A DNA stretch of 64,000 nt from Octopus sinensis. Lineage: Eukaryota. The position numbers and the translations under genes were made by a program. The first letter of the stretch is position 1. The number at the start of each line of letters is the position of its first letter. The stretch lies in assembly GCF_006345805.1 (NCBI RefSeq), contig NC_042998.1:174592001-174656000 (forward strand). Reading direction: 5' to 3'. Shown here one piece after another: positions 13,598 through 26,836 of the stretch. The notes beneath the pieces are model-generated. The model saw only the letters and a program-made list of their open reading frames with translations. It searched no databases and was not told the origin of the DNA.

Positions 13598-13927
13598 GTA
13601 AGTATATATCCTCTTAATCTTTCACTAGTTTTTCATTGGATTATGCCCATGCTGGGGTACAACCTATAAGAATTGTAGTTGATTGTGTCTATTCCAGTAA
13701 TTATTTCAATCTGGTAGTTATTCTGTTTATCAGTTACTTTTAGATGTATGCACAAATGCCACATGCATTGCATGTATGTCTGTGCATTGCACACGTGACA
13801 TGCTCACATGTATTTCACATGCACTGCATGTACACGTTCTACATGTCTCAACCTACCTTAACCTCCCACCACACTCGCACACCTGTCAAATGTGCATGCT
13901 ACATACAAGTACAGTGGCTGGCAAGCA

Positions 13928-13959
<32 letters not shown>

Positions 13960-14221
13960 TGTAAAACCTTGAGGTATTCTGTGCAGTTTTTAACTATCAA
14001 ATTCCACTTATTTGCCTATGGTACTACAGAGTGGGATTGAACCCATAATCTTGCTGCTGTCAAACTTCTTAACCACATTGTCTGTTCCTATATCTTGATT
14101 TTGTCACTTTGTCTGAGAGATGAGCTATTAGTAGTCTAGGAAGTGGCACACTTTCGATTCATGAATTTATGGCTATAAAGTTTGAATTGTCTGTAAAATA
14201 AAAATATTCACTTGGATGTGT

Positions 14222-15420
14222 AGACCTGTTGAGGCAAGTGAAAATCAAATCAAATCAAATCAAACCAAATCAAAATAGATGAACATCAATGGAATTTGTA
14301 TCTTTGTGGTACCAGTACCGGTGGCACACAAGAAAACCATCCGAACGTGGCCGTAGCCAGTACCGCATCGACTGGCCTCTGTGATGTGGGCACATAACAA
14401 ACACCATCCGATCGTGGCCGTCCGCCAGCCTCATCTGGCACCTGTGTCGGTGGTACATAAAAACACCAACCGAAGACCCGGCAAGACTAGTCAGGCCATA
14501 ACCCGTGGCCCCTACTTGGGACGTAGTCAGTCCACCTGTGCATACCTTCCTTCCTTCTTGTGACACTTGTGAAGACCTGTTGAGGCAAGTGAAAATCAAA
14601 TCAAATCAAATCAAAATAGATGAACATCAATGGAATTTGTATCTTTGTGGTACTAGTGCCGGTGGCACACAAGAAAACCATCCGAACGTGGCCGTAGCCA
14701 GTACCGCATCGACTGGCCTCCGTGCTGTGGGCACGTAACAAACACCATCCGATCGTGGCCGTTCGCCAGCCTCATCTGGCACCTGTGTCGGTGGCACATA
14801 AAAACACCATCCGAAGACCCGGCAAGACTAGTCAGGCCATAACCCCTGGGACGTAGTCAGTCCACCTGTGCATACCTTCCTTCTTGTGACACTTGTGAAG
14901 ACCTGTTGAGGCAAGTGAAAATCAAATCAAAACAAATCAAAATAGATGAACATCAATGGAATTGTATCTTTGTGGTACCAGTGCCGGTGGCACACAAGAA
15001 AATCATCCGAACGTGGCCGTAGCCAGTACCGCATAGACTGGCCTCCGTGCTTTGGGGACGTAACAAACACCATCCGATCGTGGCCGTCCGCCAGCCTCAT
15101 CTGGCACCTGTGTCGGTGGCACATAAAAACACCATCCGAGCGTGGCCGTCTGCCAGCCTCGTCTGGCACCTGTGTCGGTGGCACATAAAAACACCATCCG
15201 AGCGTGGCCGTTCGCCAGCCTCGTCTGGCACCTGTGTCGGTGGCACATAAAATCACCCACTACACTCTCGGAGTGGTTGGCGTTAGGAAGGGCATCCAGC
15301 TGTAGAAACACTGCCAGATCTGACTGGACTGGTGCAGCCTTCGGGCTCCCCAGACCCCAGTTGAACCGTCCAACCCATGCTAGCATGGAAAACGGACGCT
15401 AAATGATGATGATGATGATG
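14222..15420 (+). mobile_element. RTE 3' UTR present as a tandem triplication, ending in a (GAT)n tail
   Basis: agacctgttgaggcaagtgaaaatcaaatc at 14222, 14573, 14899; only the last unit carries the terminal ...cggacgctaaatgatgatg. Confidence 0.85.
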
Positions 15421-16239
15421 CTAAGCCATAGCCAGTGGTCATCTTATTGAGTGAACAGCTGTATAGTATATACAGCTTGTTATATGTACATTCTACTCTT
15501 AAAAGTCTACTGAAGTGTTTCTTTTTTTTTCTTTTAAACGAGCTACTGTTATTCACCTCATTCAAAGGAGGTAGTGGTTCATATGAAGTAGAATGTATGA
15601 GGAAAGAATTAGGATAGTAATCAGGTAGGCAGATGTAGAGCAAATAACTTGTGACAAGTTAACAATGAGATTTTATAGAATTGCCAATCCAATTAAATAG
15701 CACAGAAATATTGATGAACGAATGGAGAGATATTGACATGCAGACTCATCTTAGCTTTTGGTATAAGAAATATGGATGTTAAATTAATGTTGAAGAGTTG
15801 TGCCTGGCAAAAGCAATTAGCCAGTCTCGTATAGCAATATTTCAGAACTGCAGTTCTTGGATGCCTAATCAAAACCAGTTGGAAATAAAATCATTGGCTA
15901 TGTACAACTCTAGTATGACTGTGGGAGAGTAACAATGTTTTAGTCTCTGACAGTGAAAGCAGCTTGGTCAGCTCAAGGGTGACTAAATTTTCATTCCAAA
16001 AGTAATAGTTATTTTATACAGGTTATATTTGATGCCAGATTAACATCTTAATTGGGAAATGCCTCAACTTAATGCTTTGGAAACCAGGAAAATGTTCTCC
16101 CACTATGTAGATCATAAAATTTCAGTCTATGGCATAAAATGTTATAGCATGGGCTTATTTGTGTGTGATGGAAATTGGCCCAATAATGACCACCACTGCT
16201 TGTTAATGAGCCACAGAATAAAACTTTTTACCATGAACG

Positions 16240-17700
16240 ATGATCTGTAACTATTACGACCCTTTGCTCTTTTCCTCTTTTCCAATGGCTATAATCATCC
16301 TCTACCAAGTGGACAGGGTATCTCCTACACCCAACCTCAACTGAGAATAGCTGTGACTGCCATCTCTTCTCCCTACAATCTTGCAGAAGGCTTTTGTATA
16401 TGGCATTGCTTCCATTCAAGAGCTTGATCATACCTTTCTTCCCATAAGACAGTAAACTCAGTTAAGATAATTTTCTTTGCCTTTTCAGACCACAAAACTA
16501 CATCTGGCCTCAGGGTTGTCTGGACAACCTGGGGCAAACTCCAATCTTTCCCCACTGATCTACTTTCATATTCCATGATTGGAACCCATGTAATTATTTG
16601 TCTTTACTAGACTTTTGCCTTCCTTCATGAAATTGCTGGTGGGTTTTTTTTCCCTACTGATGCTGTGTTTTGAGCCTTTCCTATTTCAGAATGTTATCAA
16701 GTCTTGCAAGTGCATTGTCATGGCACCATTTCAAAGGTTCCAGATTTCACAGGCCTTATCCATGTAACCCTCCTTCTAGAGAGAACCAATTTAGGTCCTT
16801 GTCCTTTCTTCCATCAGGTACTATACTTCTGCATGGATCATGGCCCTACTTGATGTCTTATGTTGTTGGAAATAAGAGCAACTGAGTACCTTGCCATCTT
16901 GTAAATGTAAATTCTTTCAGCTTGTGTGGTTCAGGTTGCTCACCCACCCCTAATCTTGTGATGGTGCCTAAATATCTGACTGGCTTATCCTGGAAGTCCC
17001 TATACATCATTACAACTCTACACTTTGCAACCTTGAATTCCTTCCCCATAAATAAAATCTGAACTGCTTCAGCTTATGTGTAAGGCCTATTGAAGTGAAG
17101 CTTGTAGGTATTTGTTTACCTTCCTCTCTATTCTTTCTATTTGTCATTGGAATCTCATACATTGTCAATATCCGCATATCTTGGAAGCAGTTCATGTTGA
17201 TAGAGCCATTCCTTATATTTTACTGGAAGCCCTGATCTTTCAGTCTTCCTCAGCCACTCATCTGATCTGTCTGCTTCTCAGTATTGGTGACATTGCTTCT
17301 ATAGTGAATTGTCAAACCACTTCCCAAGGCATTTTATTGGATTTTCCTCTATTGATAGAATAGCCTTTCCTTGCACTTGCACCTTGATTCTGTTTAACTT
17401 GCCTCTTCTGATCATCAGTCCTAGATTTCTTGGTCTTAAATTTCATTCTATCCCATGTTGCCATGTGTTCAAGTGAAGCCAGCACCTGTTCCATTTCCAC
17501 ATAGATTGTAGTTGTCAGTGTAAGATCAACCATGAAAGCCCCTTATTGTATGTTGTTGACTGCCTGATTATATTGTTGTTCCTTGAACTTTATCATGATG
17601 AAAAGGATTTATCATGATGAAAAGGAGGACTGTGGAACGAATTAGAATTCCTTTCTCCAGGTTTTGCCACTGAGTTGTAAAACAGGCTGCTTTGAAGCAC
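16240..17700 (-). mobile_element. Decayed RLE-type non-LTR retrotransposon (HERO/NeSL-like)
   Basis: WDRMKFKTKKSR, ILTMYEIPMT, EFKVAKCRVVMMYRD, TTLRPDVVLWSEKAKKIILTEFTVLWEE and VEVGCR (PD-(D/E)xK nuclease); many stops. Confidence 0.75.
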
Positions 17701-17835
17701 AACTGGATGTCTCAAGATTACAGCATTGTTTTGCCTGATGGTAAAACTTACTCCCAGCTATATTGAACTTACAATAAATTTGACCCTACTTGTATGTAGT
17801 ATTGAGTATTCTCATTATTAAATTTTTAAACATTT

Positions 17836-18638
17836 GTGTGCGTACACACGCGCACGCGCACGTACACACGCGCACGTACACACGCGCACGCGCACGTACG
17901 CACGCGCACGCGCACGTGCGCACACGTACACACGCACACGCACACGTACACACGTACACACGCACACGTACACACGTACACACGTACACACACACACGTA
18001 CACACACACACGTACACACACACACGTACACAACACACGTACACACACACCACGTACACACACACACGTTACACACACACACGTACACACACACAACGTA
18101 CACACACACACACACACACGTACACACACACGTACACGCACACACGTACACGCACACACGTACACGCACACGCGTACACGCACACACGTACACGCACACA
18201 CGTACACGCACACACGTACACGTACACACGTACACGTACACGTACACGTACAACACGTACACGTACACGTACACGTACACACGTACACGTACACACGTAC
18301 TCGTACACACGTACACGTACACACGTACACGTACACGTACACACACACACACACACGTACACACACACACACGTACACACCACACACACGTACACACACA
18401 CACACACGTGCACAACACACACGTACACACACACACACGTACACACACACACAGTACACACACACACACGTAACACACACACACGTACACACACACACAC
18501 GTACACACACACACACGTGTACACACAACACACACGTACACACACACACACGTACGCACACACACACGTACACGTACACACACGTACGCACACACACACA
18601 CACACACACACGCACGCACGCACGCACACACACACACA

Positions 18639-18670
<32 letters not shown>

Positions 18671-19197
18671 CCACGTACACACACACACACGTACACAACA
18701 CACACGTACACACACACACGTACAACACACACACACGTACACACACACACACACGTGCACACACACACGTACACACACACACACGTACACACACACACAC
18801 GTACACACACACACACGTACACACACACACACGTACACACACACACACGTACACACACACACACGTGTACACACACACACACACGTACACACACACACAC
18901 GTACGCACACACACACGTACACGTACACACACGTACGCACAACACACACACACACGCACGCACGCACGCACGCACACACACACGTACGCACACACACACG
19001 TACACACACACACACACGTACACACACACACACGTACACACACACACGTACACACACACACGTACACACACGTACACACACGTACACACACACGTACACG
19101 TACACACACACGTACACGTACACACACACGTACACACACACGTACACACACACACACACGTACACACACACGTACACACACACGTACACACACACAG
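17836..19197. repeat. ~1.36-kb compound microsatellite, (CA)n interrupted by CACGTA/CGCA units
   Basis: Directly visible; source of the long VC/HT pseudo-ORFs. Confidence 0.97.
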
Positions 19198-19480
19198 AGT
19201 GCATAGCTTAGTGGTTAGGGTTTTGCACTCATGATTGCGGGAATTGTGGGTTTGATTCCCAGACCAGGCTTTATGTTTTGTTCTTGAGCAAAGCACTTCA
19301 TTTCACATTGCTCTGCAATCATTTCAACATCTGACATGTGGCACCCGTTGCACTTGTGAAGGTAGTGTTGAACTGATGGAGAGAGTAAGCTTATGTCTAC
19401 ACAAACATTTGACCACTATAAACAAATTGTGTGGTTGTTCAGTAAGAAAATTGGTGAACCCTCATACATTGTCTAATGAT
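19198..19480 (+). mobile_element. tRNA-headed SINE remnant adjacent to the array
   Basis: gcatagcttagtggttagg (A-box-like), gtgggtttgattccc (B-box-like), ttcttgagcaaagcactt central domain; related copy at ~51925-52270 (-). Confidence 0.6.
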
Positions 19481-19613
19481 AGGAGAGTCCCTCATATACA
19501 CACACAAACAGTGAATCTCAAAGCACATAAAGACTTCCAGTAATGTCGTCTCAAAGTTTATAAATTCTTATATGTATAAATATAATCCTGGAATACTTCT
19601 CCTTTATATTTAG

Positions 19614-19816
19614 ATCAGACTGCAGCAGAAATTGCCAGAACCAAGCAGTTTTCACGGGAAGTGGTAGATATCATTCGACACAATCCTCACTGTGAAATGA
19701 CTTTCAATAAATTCATTCCATCATATCATCACCACTTCGGCCGGCAGTGTAAAGTAGCAGACTATGGTGTAGTAAAACTACTTGAATTGTTTGAATGTAT
19801 TCCACATGTTGTACAG
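19614..19816 (+). CDS. MARF1: MARF1 exon (LOTUS domain)
   Basis: atttag|(N)[67 protein letters not shown]|GTCAGC. Confidence 0.93.
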
Positions 19817-20039
19817 GTCAGCCTTCTACCTATTTCAAAGAAATTATAAATGCTTTATTTTACTTTTGGTGCATAACTTTTATATAAATTTTAACCAATA
19901 GAGCAACTATTTTTCTCTATGGCTTGAATAATTGAGGCATTCCTTAACATGAGACCAGTGGTAGCCTTATTACACAAATAATCTTAATCCACCAATGTGG
20001 TGCTGAATATTTATTCTCATTGTTTGGTGTGTGTATGTA

Positions 20040-21010
20040 TATATCATCATCTCTCTTTCTCCCATTCATTCACTTCATTTAGCAACCTTTCATCATAGCG
20101 TCCCCAAGTCTCTGCAACATCATTAAGTGCAAGTGAGCTATCATCCATGCAAACACATTTCTCTCCTATGACCTCATGATTCTCACACACTATCAATGCA
20201 AAACACTTTTAGTCTCTAGTACTCACAACACAGAACATTGGTAAATTTTTTCTTATCTGCTTCCCCTCTAGCTAAGTAAACCTATCCCCTTCTGGCGATC
20301 TGATACCACACCCTGCTTCCACTGCACTTCCAGTCCTTCCATGCCTGTTTCTTTTCCCTAATGGCCCTGTCAACATTGTTCTGCCACCACATTACCTTAG
20401 GTCAAGAGGGGACTTTGCACCAGCCATAGACCTGGTACCATAGGAATCTCCAGTTGTCCTCCGCATTGTGATGTTATATCCTCCCTTTTGTCAAAACCTT
20501 CAATACGTCTCTAAATCTCTGTCCGTTCAAAGGATCTTTAAGCTTCCAGACCCTTCTTTTCCTTGCTGGCTGTCTTCTGGGCAGCCATTTAGCCCTGATC
20601 CTGAAGTCACCTATAAGGTTGGGTGCATTCTTCATCTGGGAAACTTTTGGCATTTATAAGTAGCCATCTTTCCCATTTCCTGGCAAGAATGTGGTTAATC
20701 TGACTAGTGTGCCCATCAGACTGGTTGGTGAACAGGTTGCTGGCAGGTTTCTTGATGTTAGTATTACAAATCATAAGATCATTTGCAACACATAACTCTA
20801 GCAGCTTGGTTCCTTCCTCATTGTGGGAACCAAATCTGTAGCCACCATGCACACCATGGAAGCTCCTTGGATATTGTCCAATATGCTCATTGAAGTCACC
20901 AGCCACAAAGAGAAGGTCCATGTCATTCATCGACAAGGTAGTCTGCAAGAGGATGTCATAAAATCGGCCTTTCTGTTCATCAGGTAACCCTGGCTGAGGG
21001 GCAGAGAGAC
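20040..21010 (-). mobile_element. RTE LINE 5' fragment (APE endonuclease)
   Basis: LFVAGDFNEHIG..HGGYRFGSHNEEGTKLLELCVANDLMICNT..SQINHILARK; APE motifs, with stops. Confidence 0.8.
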
Positions 21011-21378
21011 AGACAGTCGGGGGAGGGCAGAGAGAGAGACAGACAGCCGAGTCTTTATTTATGGAGTAGCTGATAGTCTGAAATCTTTTTTCTCTATAAA
21101 AGTTGAGTGAAAGGTATCAGTATCACAATACTTTTATTTTAATATAGCAATGTAAATTGAAGCTGGCTTAATCCCGTGAGTCAGCAAGAACCACATCAAG
21201 GGGAAAATAGAAGTTGTAAGAGGCTGAACATCTTCCACACATAAGCAAACATATCTGTTCGGAGATGTTTTCCTTCAGCTTTTTGAAGGCTTAATGTACA
21301 ATATTGTGGTGGATTAGTGTAATTTGTTTCCATGTTCTTTCTAAGACCAATTTAAGGAATGTTTTTCTTCTCCAACAG

Positions 21379-21594
21379 ATTGAAGAGAGAGAAGAAAGAA
21401 TGCTTATTCTAACAAAACCAGAAAAGCTCAGAATATTTGCTGACCAAATCACTTCATTATTAAGATCTTCTCCTGATCAAAGGATGTCGCTGTTTGATGT
21501 TGAAGTTTCTTACAACTACTTGTTTGAATGTCCATTTGACTTAGACACACAAACACAGCAAGAACTTCTTGCAATGTTAAAACCCCTCTTTCAG
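21379..21594 (+). CDS. MARF1: MARF1 exon (divergent LOTUS domain)
   Basis: ccaacag|IEEREERMLILTKPEKLRIFADQITSLLRSSPDQRMSLFDVEVSY...KPLFQ|GTAAAT; 216 nt, phase 0-0. Confidence 0.85.
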
Positions 21595-21947
21595 GTAAAT
21601 TTCATTACTTCTTAACATTGATATCTTATAGTTTTGCATAGAATTGTGTATACACGTCAAATTGAAGGATTTCTTTAGTTACATTAATTGCATCTGACTT
21701 TTTAGATCAAATTTTTAATTACAAAATTATATTGTAGCTTTTCATAATTTGTTATCTCAGATAAGTTGAGAGTTGATTTTTAAAACTAAATTTTGATTAA
21801 AACCAACATAATTAGCTTTTTAATAGCTCTCAATTAATGAAACTGAGTAATAGCGTTGACTACTAATTACTCATATTTTCGTTTAATACAAGTAAAAATT
21901 CTATTATGTATCTCTTTTATATACATCACTTTTGTTCACATATTCAG

Positions 21948-22157
21948 GTTGAGATGCAAGATAGACAGACATTCCTGACCATAAAATCTAGCCAAGCGTT
22001 TTGTCCACCTCTTGCTGAGAAGATTATATCTATAATAAATGAGTACAGTCCAGACACATTTTCTCTTGCTCTCAAAGATGTTTGTTCATATTACAAAGAA
22101 ATTTTCCATGAAACATTAGACTGCAGTTTACTGACAGATTTAATCTATTATGTTCAA
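21948..22157 (+). CDS. MARF1: MARF1 exon (divergent LOTUS domain)
   Basis: attcag|VEMQDRQTFLTIKSS...LAEKIISIINEYSPDTFSLALKDVCSYYKEIF...YYVQ|GTAAGT; 210 nt, phase 0-0. Confidence 0.83.
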
Positions 22158-22199
22158 GTAAGTATTGTTAGTAATTGCATGAGCATCAAATAACCGTTT

Positions 22200-22416
22200 T
22201 ATTCCTTTACTCTTTTACTTGTTTCAGTCATTTGACTGTGACCATGCTGGAGCACCGCCTTTTAGTCGAGCAAATCGACCCCAGGACTTATTCTTTGGAA
22301 GCCTAGTATTTATTCTATCAGTCTTTTTTGCTGAACTGCTAAGTTATGGGGACATAAACACACCACCATCGGTTGTCAAGTGATGTTGGGGTGGATAAAC
22401 ACACATACAAACATAT

Positions 22417-22466
<50 letters not shown>

Positions 22467-22729
22467 GAAAATGGAACAAATTTATTTCGATCATCAACTT
22501 ACAGAAATTTCAATTTAATATTATTTATTAATTATACAAATAGGAAGATGAAAATCGAACAAAACAATATACATCAATATGCAAATTAATAATACAAATA
22601 AACTGCTCCTTACAGCTGTTTCAGCCTATGGTCAAGAGGCAATCCACCTGAAATTGGTCATATATTCCATAGTATATTGGATAACTGATATCCCATCGTG
22701 GGTTACCCTCATAACCTCTATCTTACTTT

Positions 22730-22761
<32 letters not shown>

Positions 22762-22930
22762 CGCACACGCACGATGGGCTTCTTTCAGTTTCTGTCTACC
22801 AAATCCACTCACAAGGCTTTGGTCGGCCTGAGGTTATAGTAGACACTTGCCCAAAGTGCCACGCAGGGAGAATGAACCCAGAACCATATGGTTGGTAAGC
22901 AAGCTACTTACCACGCAGCCACTCCTGCAC
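22200..22930 (-). mobile_element. Family-C SINE with a ~275-bp foreign insert in its (TA)n tract
   Basis: Both SINE halves match 8970-9390; 22459-22733 is unrelated sequence bounded by (TA)n. Confidence 0.8.
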
Positions 22931-23809
22931 CTTTCTTGAATAATACAAATGAAACTAAAGAGCTTTATGATTTCATCAAATTTAGTTTTCAGATTATTTC
23001 AATGCAGAAATCTTAAGCATTACTGCAATGATACCCTGTTACTTATTATGAATATTACATGTATTTCCACAATTTTACATTAAACATTCAACCTCAGTGT
23101 TAATGTAAACTTTTCTGGAATGGGTTGAATGGCTCACTTTTCTCCTAGATGGGTTAGGGGGTGCATATCTTGCTTGGAGTTTCATTCTTTTTTTTTTTAA
23201 ATATAGCTGAATGCCCTTCCTAACACCAACTACTGTATGGGGGTATTGAGTGCAATTTATAAGGACACCAGCATTAAAGAGATTATGTCTGGGTGCATTT
23301 TTCATAGTACCAACACTACAGATGATAGGAGTGAGAGAGTGATAGCAAGCAAGAATTAGCTAAATGGTGTGTGACTGATGGATGTCATGCTTGACTTCGT
23401 ACAATCACAAGTATCAAACAAATGGTGATTAAACGTTTTTACTTTAAAAATGAGAAAATGAGAGGTATAACTGCATAGGTAAGAATTTTGTTTCGGTGAT
23501 GTTGTTCCAGGTTCAATCATTGTGCATGCAGTTCCTTGGGAAGTTGTCTACCATTACCCCAGGTTGACTAATACATTCATACAGAAATTGCCATGTGTAT
23601 ATTATTTGTTGAAGATTGGCAAGAAAAGCAATAAACTAATTTCACATGAAAATCTGTGAAAATATTTTTTTTTGTTCAAGTTACATAGGCAATCCCTTGT
23701 CACTGTTGCCATTATAAAAGCATTGAATCAGTGCTTGGTCCAGTGGAAATGTGTATCTATTAATGCTATTGTTTTCAACATGCAACATAAACAACTATTG
23801 AAGCTATAC

Positions 23810-24220
23810 TCTTTAACTCTTTTACTTGTTTGTCATTTGACTGCGGCCATGCTAGAACACCACCTTTAGTCGAGCAAATTGACCCCAGAACTTATTCTTT
23901 GGAAGCCTAGTACTTATTCTATCAGTCGCTTTTGTGGCAGCAGCTAAGTTATGGGGACATAAACACACCACTATCGGTTGTCAAACGATGGGGGGGGGGG
24001 CGATAAACACACACACACACACAAACATTTATATACACATATATATATCCATATATACGACGGGCTTCTTTTAGTTTCCGTCTACCAAATCCACTCAAGG
24101 CTTTGGTCGGTCCAAGGTTATAGAAGACACTTGCCCAAGGTGCCCACACAGTAGGAATGAACCCAGAACCATGAGGTTGGTAAGCAAGCTACTTACCACA
24201 CAGCCTCTCCTGCGCCTATT
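23810..24220 (-). mobile_element. Family-C SINE
   Basis: Full-length homology to 8970-9390. Confidence 0.85.
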
Positions 24221-24649
24221 CCAATTTTCATCTGTATTGAACACTCCATTCTTGGGCAAAGGATTTTGATATTAACACATACCACTACAGCACTCCAGTG
24301 TTCTGGAGTTATGTCCTTTTTCTTTTGTGTTTGCCATTTCTAAAGATCTTTAAGCTGCAATGAACTTAAGATTGTCCCATTATATTTGCTTTTGAAAACT
24401 AATTACCTGCCAAAAATCATTAAGTATGATTTGTTTGACAAGTCAATTGGCAGGATAAAATATTTGATTGCAATAACTGATTTATATAATCAGATTATCA
24501 TATAAATCACAGTTGAATACAATTATATGGTAAGTGTAAAGTTTTGGTCAAAAACTTAGAATTTAAGCTGCAAAGGTTTTGTAAGAATTATGAATGCTCG
24601 AGTTAGTTGTTCAAATCAGTTATGTGAAGTAGTTTTCCACTTATCACAA

Positions 24650-25250
24650 ACTCTTTGAATGTCTGTTTTCCCTTACTTGCATAGGTTGGAAGTGTCTTTT
24701 CCAACAGCATCTCATCACTTGTTGTCCATTGTCATCTCTTTCATGAGATTCTACATCCTTAAATCACCCTTCACCATTTCTTTCTCAGTTTCCCAGAAAT
24801 TTCTTCCATTTGGTTTGCTTGGTACTTCTTTACCAATTCACATCATATTCCTGTACCAGTCGAATCACCATTCTTACTATTACTTATTCCTCTCATACCC
24901 AGTTTTTCCTTCCTCCATATTACACACCTAATAAATGTATAACATGCAGGAGAGATAAAAATAGTTGAGAAAAATCACATTATACTTCCAATGACTCCTG
25001 CTCACTTAAATTCTTTCCAGCCTTTGCACATTCTCTGCATTCAGGGCCCAATATTCACTATAATGCAACATAACACTTCATACTCAAGTACCTTTGTCTC
25101 AGAAACCTATTGTTACTAACATAAGTAATGGCTCCTTTGACTTTTTTTCCCAATCTATTCTTACTCTTGCTACTGTTTTTGAAACACCTACCTCCACTGC
25201 TAATTATTTCACTTATATAGCAGAAGCTATAAGTTCCTTCAAGGAAGGCT
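24650..25250 (-). mobile_element. Highly decayed RTE-like LINE fragment
   Basis: Weak RTE C-terminal-like translation on minus with many stops. Confidence 0.35.
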
Positions 25251-26836
25251 TTTTTGGTATTTAAAAGAATTTTTGTGTGTTAACTTATTCTCTGTGTTTT
25301 TGTTACAATCTCTTTTGTCAGCCTACTTGTGATTCCACTGCACTTCTTGAGCGCTTATTCTTTATATTGAGTGATTGTGAAATTCTTTCTCTAAATTTTC
25401 TGCTCAGGAAGCAGGGTCAATGTTCTGTGCACTTTTTTGCTAAGACTTTCATCTTTGTTACATTTACTATTAGATTTTGATTCTAGGCTCTACTTTCATG
25501 CTTGAATGTTTTCTGCTAAATCTTTGATTTAGGTATGTAAACTATTTACATAGAACTCAACTCTGAGGGATACCTGCATGAATACTAAATTTGTTACTTG
25601 ATAATTGCTAACACTCCTCTTACTGACAGTACCATTGTATATGAATTATATTGGTTTCACAAAAGCAGTGTAGTTGAAATATTTCAGCCATCTAGTGAAC
25701 AGTTTTCCAACATAAACCTTACTATTTTGTTTTAAATTTTTTAATTTGATAAAGATGCAGATCGATATATTTTCCTACATCATTATCAAACATGAAAAAT
25801 TTACAAAAATCTAAGCACAAACCTCTCTCTATGAGAGAGATACAATTTTAGAATTTGATAATTTTGTTACACAAGGAAGTAGATTAGATTTTCAGCAATT
25901 CAGTTGATTACCAGGTGCTAATATTCAATATTCACTTTATCAAGGCTGAGTGGGACTACACAATAACTAATGAAGTAGAAAGATAGGCCAATTGACAACT
26001 ATTCTTTTATATAGGATTATTTCTTTTTGGAATGAGTTCTGTTGATTCAATGATTTTGTATTTTGATAAAAATGGATAAAGGAATGAAGATTAGTGAAAT
26101 TTTTCATAGATGTTAAAATGTATGAATGTGACAAAAGCCGGAATTAGAATTAGATTTCAAGAGATTTACTGATTCATGCATTATATTAACTAGTAATTTA
26201 TTACTTGGATTCAAAAGAATTCACTTAGAATATCAGGCATGGGTGGTTGTGCAGTTAAGAAGTCTTCTGAACATGGTTTTGGCTTCAGTTTCCACTGCAT
26301 GGCACCTTGCAAATGTCTTCTAAAGCCGTAAGTTAACCCATTGGTACATAAAAACTGAAGGAAGCTCTCTGTGTGTGCACGCACATATGTGCATGTGAGT
26401 GAGTTTATATTTTCCATCACATGTTTTCTGGGTGTAAACAGTAGCCTCTTGGACAATGTTGTTTGCCTGCAGTCCACTATGAACACATGTCTGGACTTCT
26501 TGACATTTTGCATGATCTCTGTAAACAAAAGGCTTGTTCATTATCATTTGTTTCTAGTTTTCTGAGTTACCACATCCAGGCTGTTTGCTGTCCAATAAGT
26601 TTTCATCTCATGAAAACAATTGGAGGTTGGTGTCAGGAAGGGCGATGTCAGAGAAAACTCAACATAGTCATCTGACCCATGCAAGCATGGAAAAGTATCT
26701 GTTAAAATGATCAAAATATTGACCCAATTTGCTACTCTAGATTTGAGGATATTCCTAGGTTTTACTTTCTTCACTATGACATTCAGTTGATAGATTATCA
26801 CAATATTTTCTTTCAAAGCATATTTTACATTCTCAG

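Noticed and set aside
14270-15402. Cluster of overlapping 60-127 aa ORFs
   Set aside because: All derive from the triplicated RTE UTR
19198-19270. tRNA-like sequences here and at 3998, 9390, 30984, 53660
   Set aside because: SINE heads with degenerate stems followed by SINE bodies; not tRNA genes
17786-19296. Six long ORFs (227-492 aa) of VC/HT/YT repeats
   Set aside because: Translations of the CA/CACGTA microsatellite; the absence of stops is compositional
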